Assembly: GCF_018350175.1 (NCBI RefSeq)
Contig: NC_058368.1
Location: 69,008,001 to 69,072,000 of the forward strand
From: Felis catus
Taxonomy: Eukaryota
Reading direction: 5' to 3'
DNA length: 64,000 nucleotides
Notes under the pieces: model-generated
Told to the model about the DNA's origin: nothing
Database searches by the model: none
Seen by the model: only the letters and a program-made list of their open reading frames with translations
Part shown: piece by piece, positions 1 through 13,575 of the stretch
Layout: each line of letters begins with the position of its first letter
How positions within the stretch are numbered: the first letter of the stretch is position 1
Position numbers and translations under genes: made by a program

Positions 1-569
1 TGCATCCGCTTCACAACACAGGGCTTAGGACAGAATGGGTGCCAGTGAATGTCTGCTGAGCATATATGCGCTTAGGGAAGGACTTAGACGCAAAGCCCTC
101 ATCCTCCAAAGAAATCTCCCCTTAAAGAGACACAAAGCATTTACTTGCTATGGAATTGTGTAGCATTTGTCCATAACTGGCTTTGTTTGGGATTTTGTTA
201 TCTTTCTTCTTCATGCTATTTGAAAAATCCTGATTTGAGCTGGTCGAGGAAAAGAAGGAAAGAAGCACTTGGCAATTGTACCTGGAGTACATGGAATTTC
301 ACATCAGTCTTCTCTGCATCTGTTTCCTGAATCGTGTCTGGAATATTGATTTGGTAGATGAAGACTGACCCCAGACTTTCCCAAAGGTCTCTCAGTGCTT
401 CTAACCCTCAAGCTTCACTGTGTCCCTGACCTATTGCCAGGTTTTTCTCAGACTTTGCTGTGTGAAGGGTGAGACCTCATGCAAGTCAAGTGACCTGACT
501 TCCAAGTGTGTGGGCTGAGAACGAAAGTAAAAATATTCACTTCAGAGAAAATGGTATCTTCCAAGGCAT

Positions 570-700
570 TCATTCATTCAACAATTGTTTATTAAGTGGC
601 TATTCGATGCTGAGCATTCATCTAGGTACAGGAGATGTGGCAGCAAACAAAACAGGCAAAAATAAAATAAAATTCTTGCCCTCATAAACATTCTGGTTAT
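570..700 (-). mobile_element. L2 LINE 3' fragment
   Basis: CATTCATTCAACAA..TTTATT..GCCCTCAT resembles the reverse complement of the L2 3' end; appears to continue at ~1010-1110 after the microsatellite and SINE. Confidence 0.6.
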
Positions 701-733
701 GTGTGTGTACATGTATGTGTGTGTGTGTGTGTG

Positions 734-768
<35 letters not shown>
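701..768. repeat. (GT)n microsatellite
   Basis: Directly visible, a few interruptions. Confidence 0.97.
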
Positions 769-775
<7 letters not shown>

Positions 776-797
776 GGAGAGAGGCAAATTTATTTCC

Positions 798-1005
798 GGG
801 TGCCTGAGTGGCTCCGTCAGTTAAGCATGCAACTCTTGATTTTGGCTCAGGTCATGATCTCACAGTTCATGAGTTTGAGCCCCATGTTGGGCTCTGTGCT
901 GACAGTGAGGAGCCTGCTTAGGATTCTCTCTTTCTCCCTCTCTTCCTGCCACTCACTTGCTCCCACTCTTCTCTCTCTCAAAAATAAATAAATATCTTTT
1001 AAAAA
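798..1005 (+). mobile_element. Can-SINE (felid SINEC)
   Basis: GGGTGCCTGAGTGGCTC head, CT-rich tract, AAAATAAATAAA tail. Confidence 0.93.
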
Positions 1006-4000
1006 GTTTTGGTTACATTGAGTAAACATAGAGTATGCCAGATAGTAATAAGTTCTACAGAGAAAAATAAAGCAAGAAAGGATGAGAGAGAGCGCTAGGC
1101 TGAGAAGGGGGGAAACTTCAAGTAGCATATCCCTTGATGTATTTGAAATATCTATTGATAATCTGGAATACAGTCTCCCTATTCACTGTCATGGTGGTAA
1201 GTTAATGAGCTCTTTCCTTAACATTCAGCATTATCAGAAGAAACACCACCATCATTGTACTAGAAAGGTCGTTGGCTATCTGATCCTCACCTCAGGGATG
1301 AAAGGAAAAGAAGTCGTTTATGGAAAATTCACCTGTGCTGGGGCTTGAAACTCTTAGCACTGGAACAGTGGCAATTCATCCCCTGCCTTGAGCTTCTTGT
1401 CTGCACCTTTGCTGTAACCCATGGGGCCAAGTGAGGTGGTACCTTGGTCCACCCAGAAAGTCCAGAAACAGAACACAAAGGTTGAGTGATGCAGGCAACT
1501 TAGCGACAGGCTTTCCAAACTGATGTAGACATTTACTCATAGGGCCTGGACATGTGGGTGAGCCAGGGAACTATTCTCTCATACTCCCTTCACTTCCTGG
1601 GCATTTTCCAAACGGAGAGAAGGACGCAGTGCTTCAGAAATTCTGATTAGAGGGCTCAGTGATCACCTATGAAAACCCTCCTTTGCACTTGCCAAGGCCT
1701 ACCCAGCAGTGCTATGCTCTGTAAGAAAGCAGGCCCTGGGGGCAGGGCTTGATCTGAAGCATGCCCTGAACACACTGAAAACCATGGCAAATGACCTCCT
1801 GGAAAACTTCACTGGTTTGGCCAACCAGCTTGAATCATTCACAAAACCACTCCAGGAGCATTGTACCGATATGAGAGCTTAGCATGAACATCTAGCCACT
1901 ATCTCTCTTGCCCTGATCAATGAGAGGGCCTTCAGTGCTGGCTGAAACAAAGCCTTCACACATCTCAGAGTGTGCAAAGAAGCTGTGTGACCCACCCTCC
2001 AATCCAAGAACCCCAGGGGTCTGTGAACCGCAGGGTGGAGGTAAGATTAGAGAAGGTCTACAAAGCTCCCATGATGGTCCAGAGGGGCAACTTCTCAGCA
2101 GGACTGAGGATAACTGGCTACCACAGCTCTGTAGCGGACTGGTTGAAGATTTGGTTCCTAGAGCCTTAAGTGGATAGGCCTCTTCTACCCCTCCCCCATT
2201 TGCCTGGGAGCCAGCAAGTCTCTGCAGCATGGGGTGGGAACTAGGGTTTCCCAGGCCTGGGACACAGTCCAGAGTTAACACGAATAAAGTTCAGGATTTC
2301 CTGCAGCCTCTGCATTCGGGGTTCCTTCAGCTCAGCTGGTCCCACAGAGCACCCTTCAGAGCCCTCCAAATACGCATTGTGGGCCCAATTGTTTTCCTAT
2401 GGATTGTTGCCCTTTCCCACGCTGGAGGCAGAAAAAGAATCTTTTTATCTCCAGCCTTGTGCCTTCACCACATCTCCTTATCCTCACTCCACATTTGAAT
2501 TCCAGCTAACTAAAATTGTCCTTAAGATTTTTTTAAAGATATAAAGCAACAAAATCACCTCTTTAATTCTCCTCATGAAAGAGTTTGGATGCCACCCTCT
2601 GCCTGAGTTGACCATTTGGGCTGCATTTGCCCTGTTCCGGAGAGTAGTAACCCCAACCCTCTTCTTGTATCTACGCCAAGACATACTGCATTTAAGAGAG
2701 GCTGGAATTCCCCAGGGCATTTTCTTTCTGATGTTTTAAATATTTGCTTATTTTTCCCACAGGAAACTTTACAGTTAGTGTGCATTCCTAAATTGATCAT
2801 TTGCCCCCCGCGTTTCCCTCTTTAGGAAATCCCTGGGCTGCTCATTAGGGACATTTCTCCTAATCTGACACCTCATAGCAGTGTGAGACCAGTGTAAGAC
2901 CAGTTTTCTTATTTGCTTGGTAAATCTTCGCTATTGCCTTGTTCAGGACTCCTCTTCATACATAGGACGCATCTCCTAAAGCCAATTGGAACCCATTATT
3001 TTTTCATCTTTCCTAGGTTCAAACTCATCATTTTCTCTTCACTGCAGTGTTAAGGGCTCCTCATGGGGCTGGCCATGTAACACAAGCCCCACCAACTCTC
3101 CAAGCCAGTAACTGTGCACCAGATTTTGTCTTCTAGTTACACATGAGGCACCACAGCAACAGGAAGTGGGGACTCAATGAAGATAAACCAGAAGTGGTTG
3201 ATGCCGACAGAACAAGGTTCCAGTTAGAACATTCCAGGGGGTCATTTCACAGAGGTGACTCTTCATTTTGAAGGGAGAGTGCACCAGTCAGAAAGTATAA
3301 CCAACTAGTTCATATCTTGCCTGTCTGCCATCAGAATAAGCCCGTGAAAACTCTCTGCTGAAATTCTTAGCTTCACTTCGTCATCATAAGCCGTCCTGCG
3401 AGTCAGAAAATGGTGCCGAATATCTGCAGAACAGAGAGCCAGTACACCCTACAGCAGCAGGGAAGCCCTTTGCTAGGAGGGGCCAAAGGCTGGGAATGTT
3501 TTCAAATCTTGGAGAGACTGTCAACAGACCCTGCTGCAGCTCCAGGGCTTGCTGAACTATGTGGAGATGTTGTCCTCAGCATCTGATCCCCAGGGTTGTC
3601 TGCTTCAGTTTAAGATCAGAGTGTAACTCCAGGCTAGAAGGTGGGAGACTTTAATGCTTCTGCAGCCCTTTTCACGGCTGAATCTCAATTTAGACTCAAT
3701 TGAACTCTGTGAGTTACCGACGGAGAATGGGCTCTGTGTGTGACTGTGCTACACATGGCCGTCTCTTTACGTGACTCCTGGGGAGCCATTCACCACGGTC
3801 TCTCAGAACAGCCACCCCCGCACCGTGCTGTCCAAAGCTTGCATGGCCATACACGTGACCATCATGGCAGACGCTGCAGGTGTTTCAAAGTCCGAGAAGG
3901 GGTCTGGCTGCCTTCAAAGAGCTTGTGGTCCGGGGCAGGAAAAGATTGCTACAGAAGCAACTCTGATACCCAGGAAAGTGAGCTCAGTATCAAAATGGAA

Positions 4001-7000
4001 GTAAGTAACCAAAAAATGAACTCAGAGGTAACTCAAGATACAAGCCGTGGTCAAAGGAAAAGGGAGAGAAGGGAGAAGAGGTAGCTGGCTTGTCTTGTGA
4101 ACCTCTCGTTTCTGGTCTTAACCTGATAGGCCATCAAGAACCGTGCTTATGGAAGGTAACGCTGACAACAAGAAACTGGCAAAAACTGGCAAATTTTTCA
4201 GGAGACTGGAAGCCTGGTAGGAAGACACTTCAAATAGTCAAGGTAATGGATGGGGGTTCTAACTTATACAGTAACAGTCAAATGAAAGAACGGCAATGAA
4301 GATATTTGGAAGTTTATAAAAATTCATTTTGACTAACCCTAGAGTTAAAAGTGAGAAAATCAGTAAGAAAGAAAGTACTGAGGAATCCCAGTCTTAATAA
4401 CAAGAAATAATATAGTTAAAGATTTGGATTACATAATGTGAAACTACCATTTTTGTAGGTAAAAAAAATGGTTGATTATCAGTAGTCACATGAAATTCCA
4501 ACATATTTCACAATAGGTACCCTTAAGTATCTCACTGTAGAAGAAGTATAGCCCCAAATAAAGTAACACTGAAAGAAAGAAAAATTAACCATGAATACAA
4601 ACAAGTGGGAAGTGATTTGTTTAGCAGTGGGACAGGTGAGGGCATGTTTTAAAGAGCAGATACAGTTCTTACAGGAGATTGCCTGGTGGAGAATCTCCTG
4701 TGACTTTTCAGCCTAAGGCAAGATTCCAGAGAAAAGTGGTTGGGTCAGTGGAAGCCCAACACCTGTTTTGGAAGTAAAGGAGGGCATTGCAACTTAATTC
4801 AATTTACAACCTCCTATACGTATCCCTTTGGGGTTTTCCTTATCAGAAAATTTGTCCTAGAGTTCTTGACAAAAATTAAAAATATCTTCCCTGACATTTT
4901 CCCTGAGTCCATTTTTTCTAAGCGTGGTCCCTTCGCCATAATACATACTGAAGACAGAGTTGAGGAATAGAGAAAACTTAACAAGAAAATGTAACTCTGT
5001 TCAGCAAAACCTTAAATAAGCCTTCCATTGCATGAGGATGTTATTAGATCACCTAGGAAATATTCAAGATCTCCCGAGAATGAATGCTGTGAATTCTATT
5101 CAGAATGATGCAGGTTGTAGAACCTCCATGATTTCATTTCCAAGTTCGGATCCATATCCATGTGCCTCCAAGGCTTTGTTCCCACTGCTTTCTTTTCTAG
5201 AAGTCTCTCCCTTCCAGTTTTATGCTGCTTGAGGAATGCTAACTCATCCTTGAGCCCTGACCCTGGGCCCACTCTCTAGGAAGTTTTAAATGCTCAGTTC
5301 ATGCTTTTATTTCCATTGTATTGAGTTTGGTTGCCTACCAATGTAAGTTTGTTTTTCACTCTTAGAGTTAACCAAGAAAGGTAAGCACAAAAATGCATGT
5401 TCTTGTATTAACCAGTAAAGCAAAGGAAAATAAATGTCCAGATTGTATGCTGATAATATGCTGCATTTGTGTCAATGAGATAATGCCAAAAAACTCACTA
5501 CAAGAGTATGAAAATCCTTTCATTTGTATATAAAAGTATACATGAATTATGTATAATAGGAATATGTTTGTAGAGGCTTAAAAAATATTTGAAGGGATGC
5601 CCATCAATTTCCCCTAGGAAATAGAATTGGGGATAATGAGAAGATTAGGGATTTTCAGAATAACATGTAGTTATTTCTTCTCTGCTTGACTTTATTCTAA
5701 AAAGAATTCTTTATTTCAAAAACAAAAAGGATCCATAATTCTCCCATACTGGATCTTGGAAAATTGTGTTCATTCAAGCTCAGCTCTAAAGGGAGTATGT
5801 TCCAGGAGCCCACAACACCCACTTCCCAAATTAGACGTGCCTGCAAGCATGTTTCTTAGTGCTTCCATTAGTGAGTACTCTTCATTCCACAGGGTGGCCT
5901 CTATGAAGCCAAACACAACCAAATTAACGAGTTCAGGAAGCTACACTCCACAGCCCAATGTAGTCATCCTTTGGGGTAAATGAGGAAGCTGGTTAAGTAA
6001 GTTTTGTAGTTACCAAAAGGGATTGTTGCCCAAGAAAATCATAGGACCAGCAAAAGTCTTAAATGCAATATTTGACATCGTTGTACTAAGAATTAAGTAG
6101 CCATTTCCCCAAATAGGAAACTGGCCACATAAACCCTTAGGTCTGAGCCCACTGTCATCTGCCTGCCTCTCTTGTTCTTTCATCACCTCCTCTTCCATTT
6201 TCCAACTACCAATCTTCAATCACCCAATTCCAATTCCTTTGTTATGTTAAATTTTCTAACCCCTCAAATTAGGCTTTAGACTTACCTTTAAACATCCAAA
6301 AAATGTCAACAATTGTATTGAGGAGACCCTGCTTCACAAAGGACCTTGTTTCTAGGATTTCTTTCTGTAGCAACCAACAAATAATCAAGTGAATGAGCAT
6401 CAGATTCTTAGGCAGTGCTCCTGACCAGACCCATCAGGGCCCATTCAAAGTTGGGAGTGGAGAGGAGTGTTGTTCTGGAAACAACAACCTGACAATGAAT
6501 GTGAATCAAGAGCTTCCTGTGGATTGGGCACTGGACTAAGGCATCTTTCCTGTAATATCTCGTTTGGTCTCCACAACAACTCTATGAGGTTATAATAGCA
6601 AAAAACTGTCCCCAACCTGGTCTGTGTGATGTAATTCATAGCCTCCTTCCAAAAAGATATTGGGATTATATTGATCAAATGTTTGAACAGTTTTCTGATT
6701 CACTTTAATGGGATTAAGCCTTGCTCGGGGAAATCCTCACCCACCACACAGCTGACTAATCAGACAGAGTCTGGTGGCCATTTCTAATAGCTTCTTTTTC
6801 TTTCAATAATCAGCCAAACAAGGATAATCTACTTATTGTCTTTTCCTGTAAAATATCTTTACCAAAAGTGAATCCTCCTTGGCCTGTAAGAGGATTCCCC
6901 CCCCCCCCACTTGTTGCAAGGTTTTCATAAAATTTTGACACAAGCTCATAACCCAATTGCCTGAATGCTTTTTAACTAAGTAGACGCTATCATTTCACCA

Positions 7001-8504
7001 TTTAACACAAAATGCCCCATCACAGATAGAGCCAGAGCATGAAGGTGATTCATTTAACCTGAAACCCAGGTTTTCAGTAACTATTTTTCTTCCTTCCCAA
7101 ACAAATTGACTTCTCATTCTTTCACTTCTCATACCACAAAGTTTGTGACTTTCAATCCCACTTGCCCACTAAAAACTTTCTCTCAAAGGCTTATCCATCA
7201 GGATGTCAAGCATGCCTTTGGGAAAGCCAATTTTGACTCTGGTGATAAAATCTCTGAGTGGGGAGAGAGGACAGGATGTGCAGCCTGACTCTGTGTCCTG
7301 TGGATGATCCCTCCCTGAGAGGTTCTGTTTTACCTCCATGACTCCCACCATAACACAGGCCTCAGAGGGCAATTCCCTTTAATCTCCTGGGTTCCATGGA
7401 GACCAAGATTCTCATGCTTTTACCATAGCTCAGACCTGCCCTGACCATCTAAACTAGGGTTTACCCAAGGCTGACATGTTAGTCGAAGGTGCTCCTGTCA
7501 AGCCAGAGATCAATTCAAAGCAAATCTTACTGAAGGGGAATATTAAAATTATAAATTCTCCTTCACTGGGGTCAAGTTCTGATCAGCTCAGCTTTTAAAG
7601 GTTAACTGTGACTTTGAATAAGACAACAGCTGTGGTGTTTCTGTTTCATTCAGGAGAAGTCCAATCAGGCTGCTTATCACCTTCTACAGGATCCTCTTAA
7701 CCCAGAGTGGAATGTGGGAAGAGATGTGGAGTACCTATGGTAAACAAGTCTATTCTGGTCTATGAGTGTCAACTCCCTTTAAAGAAAACTAGCCCAACAG
7801 TTGAGAGCTTTTTTTTTTTTTTTCGATGGCCATTACCCATGACATTGCAAAAAGAAGTACACATGGTTGATTTCTTTTCTCTTTACATTTCCCCTTCTAT
7901 TTCTAATCTATTAATATTAAAGGACTTGAATGCTGTTTTGACTAACCAAGAGATTCTTTATCTATGGGAACACACTTCCAATAGATTGCTTTTATGGGAA
8001 AATGAACTCATAATTCATAGGGATAAGCTCCAGAATGATAAATCTGACGACAGGAGAGGCTTCAGGAAAAACACCTTTGTGGAACAGTCCCCATACTTGA
8101 AATTCCACCAGGGTCTGTAGGCAAAAAGCACAGATCATATGGAAGGTGTTGAGCCTGTGGGCGGCAAGGAATACAGCACCTTTTACAACACTCCTCACAG
8201 TGAGGCTTCATATTGTGACTACTTAATCAGTTCTCTGCTCACCAGTGATCTGATTTGCAAATGGAAATTCTTTCTTAGACCTTCTAAGTCATGTTGTGAC
8301 TTCTTGCTTTTTTTGCACGGAAATACAGTGTGTGGGGTACTATGTGTGTCACAAGTTCAACAGGCTGCCATGAAGCTGAGACAGACTGAAACAGGATGGA
8401 ACATTACACCTGGGATCTGAAAAGAAAATATAGGGTGGACACACAGGAAAGGTTTACTCCTCACGAGTGGTTCAAGGAAGAACCTAGAAGAATACAGAAC
8501 TGGG

Positions 8505-8647
8505 CTTTTCACTAGGATTTTCTGCATCAATAATCTGCTCCATCCAGTATGAGAGCCATGAGCCACAAGTAGCTACTGAGCACATGAAATGTGGCTGGTG
8601 TGACCCATAACCTGAATTTCAAATGTAATTAATTTAAACTCAATTTA
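8505..8647 (+). mobile_element. MER3/MER33-like hAT-Charlie DNA transposon fossil, interrupted by a SINE
   Basis: AGCCACAAGTAGCTACTGAGCACATGAAATGTGGCTGGTGTGAC resembles the MER3 core. Confidence 0.7.
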
Positions 8648-8861
8648 TTATTATGATTTTATTTTTTTAATGTTTATTTTTAAAGGAGAAAGAGTACGAG
8701 CAGAGGAGGGGCAGAGAGAGAGGGAGACAAGGAATCCAAAGCAGGTTCCAGGCTTTGAGCTGTCAGCAGAGAGCCTGACACGGGGCTCCAACTCACAAAC
8801 TGGGAGATCATGACCTGGGCTGAAGTCAGATGCTTAACTGATGGAGCCACCCAGATGCCCC
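8648..8861 (-). mobile_element. Can-SINE
   Basis: Reverse-complement SINE; TSD AATTTAAA(C/T)TCAATTTA. Confidence 0.95.
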
Positions 8862-9344
8862 AATTTAAATTCAATTTAAATTAGCACAGATCTAGAGTCT
8901 AAATAGCATGGTAAAGAGAGACTAGAAGGGGGAAGGACTCAAAATGAAACAAAGCAAAAATGTATTCAAATCAAATCTAGTAAAAATTAACAGAAAACAA
9001 TGGTTTGGGTAGACTAAGCAACAAAGTTGATGATAATTATCTTTCTACTCTCTCTATGATCATGTGTACCCAGTATAAAGGAACTAGCCAACTGAGCTAA
9101 GTGAATAATAATTTTTAAAAAATTGACTGTCTATAATCACTAATCAAATGAGCCCAAACAGTTGATCTTGGAAACTCAATGGCTGCAGGCTTACTGGATT
9201 AAAAGAGAAACTTAGATAGAAAGAATCCTTCTCATGTACAAAAAATAAAGGATTTAAAGAGGTGAGGGCATAAGATAAAAATTCAGCAGAGGAAAAGAAG
9301 AAGATAGAAGTCTCTAAGAATAACCCAAAGAAGTCATTAGCTTT

Positions 9345-9379
9345 ATTTTTTTTATTTTTTTAATATTTTATTTAGTTTT

Positions 9380-9410
<31 letters not shown>

Positions 9411-9574
9411 CAAGTGGTGGAGAGGCAGAGAGAGGGAGACACAGAGTCCAAAGCAGGCTCCAGGCTCTGAGTTGTCAGCACAGAGCCTGACATGGGGCTC
9501 GAACTCACGAACCATGAAATCATGACCTGAGCCGAAGTCAAATGCTCAACTGACTGAGCCACCTAGGTGTCCCC
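9345..9574 (-). mobile_element. Can-SINE
   Basis: Reverse-complement SINE; perfect TSD AAGTCATTAGCTTT at 9331-9344 and 9575-9588. Confidence 0.96.
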
Positions 9575-10729
9575 AAGTCATTAGCTTTTAAATACTAACA
9601 AGAAACAAAGGACAAGAAAGAAGAAGGAAAGGGGAGCAAGAAGAAAGGGAGAAGAAAGGGTGGAAAGGAGAGCAGGAAAGAGTGGGAGAGAGAGAAGCAA
9701 AAGAAGGAACACATACACACACACAAACCCTGATATAAATTCAAAAGCTGCTGGCATTTGGAGGAAGCATTTGGGAGGGCCTTAAGAGTTCAACCACTGT
9801 GATTGCTTTTGAAAAGAAAATCCCAAGATAGACAGCATGAGGAAATGTCACATATGGAGATATCAGAACAGAAAGATGCCAGTGCCCACAGGCCAGCCAA
9901 GTTTCACCTAGAAATCACCAAAGTCTGGGTCACTCTATAACTGAATTTAGGATCCAACATTCAGTTGAGAAACTCTCAACAGCATACAGATGATTCGCAG
10001 TATTTCCTGAGCTCACCATCAAAACTAGGAGTTTCACTTCTGTGATCATCTGGACACAAGAACACATTGAATCTGGGCAAAAATATTCAATTAACATTGC
10101 TAAAAATAATAGAGTGACATCCATGGGTGGGGAGAGTTTGTAACATTGCTTATGTCTAAAGCAGAGAGGAAATGGGATCAGTATTATCTCTCAGTTGTAG
10201 GGACGGTGAAAATATCCCATATTTTGGAAAAAGAAATCAAAAGAATACATGAAGTCTTGTAACAAATTTAGTCTCTCTTACATATCGAGAAGTGATTTAA
10301 ATTGTGTCAAATTTTATTGCATTTTAAAAAACTTGGAATCCATGACATGGGTGATTAACCAAGGCTGTGTATTGGCTGTTTTTTCCCATAGTTCTGCTAA
10401 TTCAGAAAATTCATTGAATATTCACTAAGTGTCCAAAGCTGGAAATGCTATGGGCACTTGCTAAATGATTGCTGAACAAAATAATGAACTAGTCACTTAG
10501 AAGCAGATATTATAAACACCTGTCAATCATAAAGGAAGTGCTCATTTTTTCATAACCTGTTGATGGATTCCCCCCAGGGCCTTTGTTTGGTAATTGTGGT
10601 TCCCTAGCAACAGCTGTCATCCTGAGAGACAGGTTGGCTCTGCCTTAGTCCCATCCATTGCCTACTCTTGTGGATTTCTAGAATTCCCCACAGCAGCAGC
10701 CCCATGTCCTATGGATTTGAAGAAATAAC

Positions 10730-11810
10730 AATAGATTTAGATATCCAGCGTAACTAGTTTCCATTTAAAACTAGAAATGATGGATAAAATAAAAACAAGC
10801 GGAAAATTATCTTAACTACATCTACAAACTGGCAAAAAATTAAGGAATCCTCAGATTTAAAAAATTAACAATGACAAGCAGCCAGAAACAAAAGCAGTCA
10901 ACTTTTGTGTTGAGCATATTTCCCATGAACTTAAGCCTTGGGGTTCAAGGTCTTGAAAGGTTTAGAAAAGAGAAGGTAAGGACCAGGGTCTTTTCAAGAT
11001 GTGATTTAGCAGGAAACCCCTTCGTCAACTCGGGACCCCAAAGGCCATCTCTAAAGGTTTTCTCTGGACATAAACTCACTCCACCCCTCTCCCCAGACAG
11101 TGAGGATGTGCACTGTCTGGAGCCTTGTCACTCAGTAGAAGGGAAAAATCTCCCCTAAAAGTTTGTGAGCACATGCTAGTTTGCAACCCTAATTCACACA
11201 ACCTGATGTTGTCCAAAATATATCAAGTCAAAAATGTAGTTTAAAGTGATTCCAGAATGGCAGCAGTGCCACTTCCCTGGTAGAACCAAATAGAGTTCTG
11301 GTCTGAAAGAACTACCTTCATTCCCAGAAACAGAAGGTAAAATATGGCCTAAGGGACAATTGCGAATTGGAAGGTAGAGCCAACACAGTGCACCGAATGA
11401 AACGTAGAGAAGTAAAGAAGTGGGAAACATGAAAGAGAAGGTCATGGTAGACAGAACGAGAAAGACTAACACAGGTCTGAGGTGCCAGAAGGAGAGAGAG
11501 AAACAATCAGGTAGAAACGATATTTGAAGAGAGAGAGAGCCGAGCACATCCATCCAACTATAAATAGGAAGCAGGATGAACATAAAGGAATCCACTCTGG
11601 AGAGCAAAATGAAGACTGAATAACCATGAGAAGATGCTAAAAACCTCTATACCAAGAAGACACAGGCTTCCAAGAAGTAGTGCTTAGCTCACGGCTTGAT
11701 GACAACCACAGGAACTTGAAAACAACAGATACATACAATGTATTGGGGGAAAATAAATGCCAATGTAGAGGTCAAAAACAACAACAGCTCTCAAGAATGA
11801 GGACAAAATA
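10730..11810 (+). mobile_element. Ancient L1M/HAL1-like 5'/ORF1 region, degraded
   Basis: A/G-rich plus strand with old-L1-like phrases (GGATAAAATAAAAACAA; GGAAAATAAATGCCAATGTAG). Confidence 0.4.
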
Positions 11811-11811
11811 T

Positions 11812-11942
11812 GGGGCACCCCCCTGGGTGGCTCAGTCGATTAAGCATCTGACTCTTGATCTTGGCTCAGGTCACAATCTCATAGTTCCTGAGTTTAAGCC
11901 ACGAGTTGGATTCAGAGCTGAGAGCTTGGAGGCTGCTTGAGA
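11812..11942 (+). mobile_element. Can-SINE, 3'-truncated (older subfamily)
   Basis: Head to GGCTGCTTGAGA; no CT tract or A tail. Confidence 0.9.
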
Positions 11943-11954
11943 GCCTAAGGGAAA

Positions 11955-12121
11955 CAGGAGTAGAGGGAGAGAAAGAGAGAGAGGAAGAGAGAGGGAATCC
12001 CAAGCAGGATCCACACTCAGTGCTGAAGTCCAACACAGGGCTCAACCTCAACTCTGGGATCATGACCTGAGCCGAAATCAAGAGACAGACACTCAACTGA
12101 CTAAGCCATCCAGGTGCCCCC
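11955..12121 (-). mobile_element. Can-SINE lacking A tail
   Basis: GA-rich tract, AATCCCAAGCAGG..CAGGTGCCCC. Confidence 0.9.
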
Positions 12122-12929
12122 AAAGTATCATCTTTTTATTCTATTTCCTTACCTGAGTTATTTTAACAGCACCACCCCTGCCTTGCCTTGATTTCTACAA
12201 CTTTGGCTTATGTTCTACGGATTTACCCTTTAATCAAATCTTTATTGTGTGGATTCATGGCATTCACTCATGGACCAACCCTCTCATTAGGGTTCAACAA
12301 ATTTTCAGGTGAAATCAATTAATTTTTGATTCACTTCTAATGGCTTCATGGTATTTTAAATGACAACTATGGCTTCAATTACAGCTTTCATTTTTTTGGT
12401 ACAAGCTATTCTCCTGCAACCCTGGTTCCTTTAAGTCAGCTGAGCTTGACATTGCATTTGTCATTAAGCTCACCTCATTTTTCTGTTGCAGCTTGGATTA
12501 GTCTATTTGAGTTTCTTACTCTTTTCGTTTTACTCCAGTTCCTCAAAGGTCAGTGGTAGTCAATCGTTTGATCAGATAACAGGTTCTTCTCTCTGATTTT
12601 TATATCCTATATGTCCTGAGATTGGTGGCCCCATTCTAAGCCTTTTCCAACTGTGTGTTATGCATGTAGCTGTCTTATTGCTGTGGCCGTCATTATCAAC
12701 TCAGGCTTATTAGGCACTCAGTGACTGTATCAGCATGGTGTTCATGAATCAGAGAGTCTTGGTTCTCAGTCACTATCAGTGGTCTGGCATTGAGTCAAGG
12801 GTCAGGAAATAATGAGATCAGCCATGACAGACAACTGTACCTATGAGGGAGCCCATCTCTTCCTGTTGCTCCTAAGCTCTGCAGAAAGATCATGAGTTTT
12901 ATCATGAAAGGCTTTGGAATGATGTTTGG

Positions 12930-13050
12930 ATTCTGTCATAGAGCAGCTAGGTGAGCTTGAAAAAATCACTTAACTTCTTTGAACCTCAGTTTCCTCTTCT
13001 GTGATATGGAGATCATCATTACCATATCCACTGTTGTGCAAACTAAACAT
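12930..13050 (+). mobile_element. MIR fragment
   Basis: TCACTTAACTTCTTTGAACCTCAGTTTCCTC MIR core. Confidence 0.75.
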
Positions 13051-13575
13051 AACAGAGCACAGCAAGCCCTTTGCAAGCTCTTCTAATCTGATTAATTAAA
13101 TGCTTCCTGATTAATTGAGTAATCTCAATTCTCCTTACCACTGAAATTTCCCTCCAAATTAAGACCTGTCATGTGGGACTTCTAGGAGACCAATTCTACT
13201 GACCCTTTCAATTCGATGATTAATAATTAGATTTGGGCGCTGGCAATCCCCTGGTTCCCGAATCCAGTGAGAGAACTTGGGCAAACCATTCAACCTTCTG
13301 TCTAGGTGTTTGAGATATTTTAATAGATGCTTTTAAATAAAAAAGAAATATATTATTTCTTCATATATCAAATAAGCAAATAAGGTACACTGTGAGAAAT
13401 TCACTAGAAATAAAGGCATTCTAAATTGCCTTTTCCTATTGATTTCAGGCAAATCATTTAACTTCTATGACCCTAGTATTTATTGTTCTAGTTTTTCCAC
13501 CCCACTTAGGAGGATATTATGAAGGTCGTAATTAGCCAACCTACATTGGGCATTCACCCCTTATTACTATCATCG

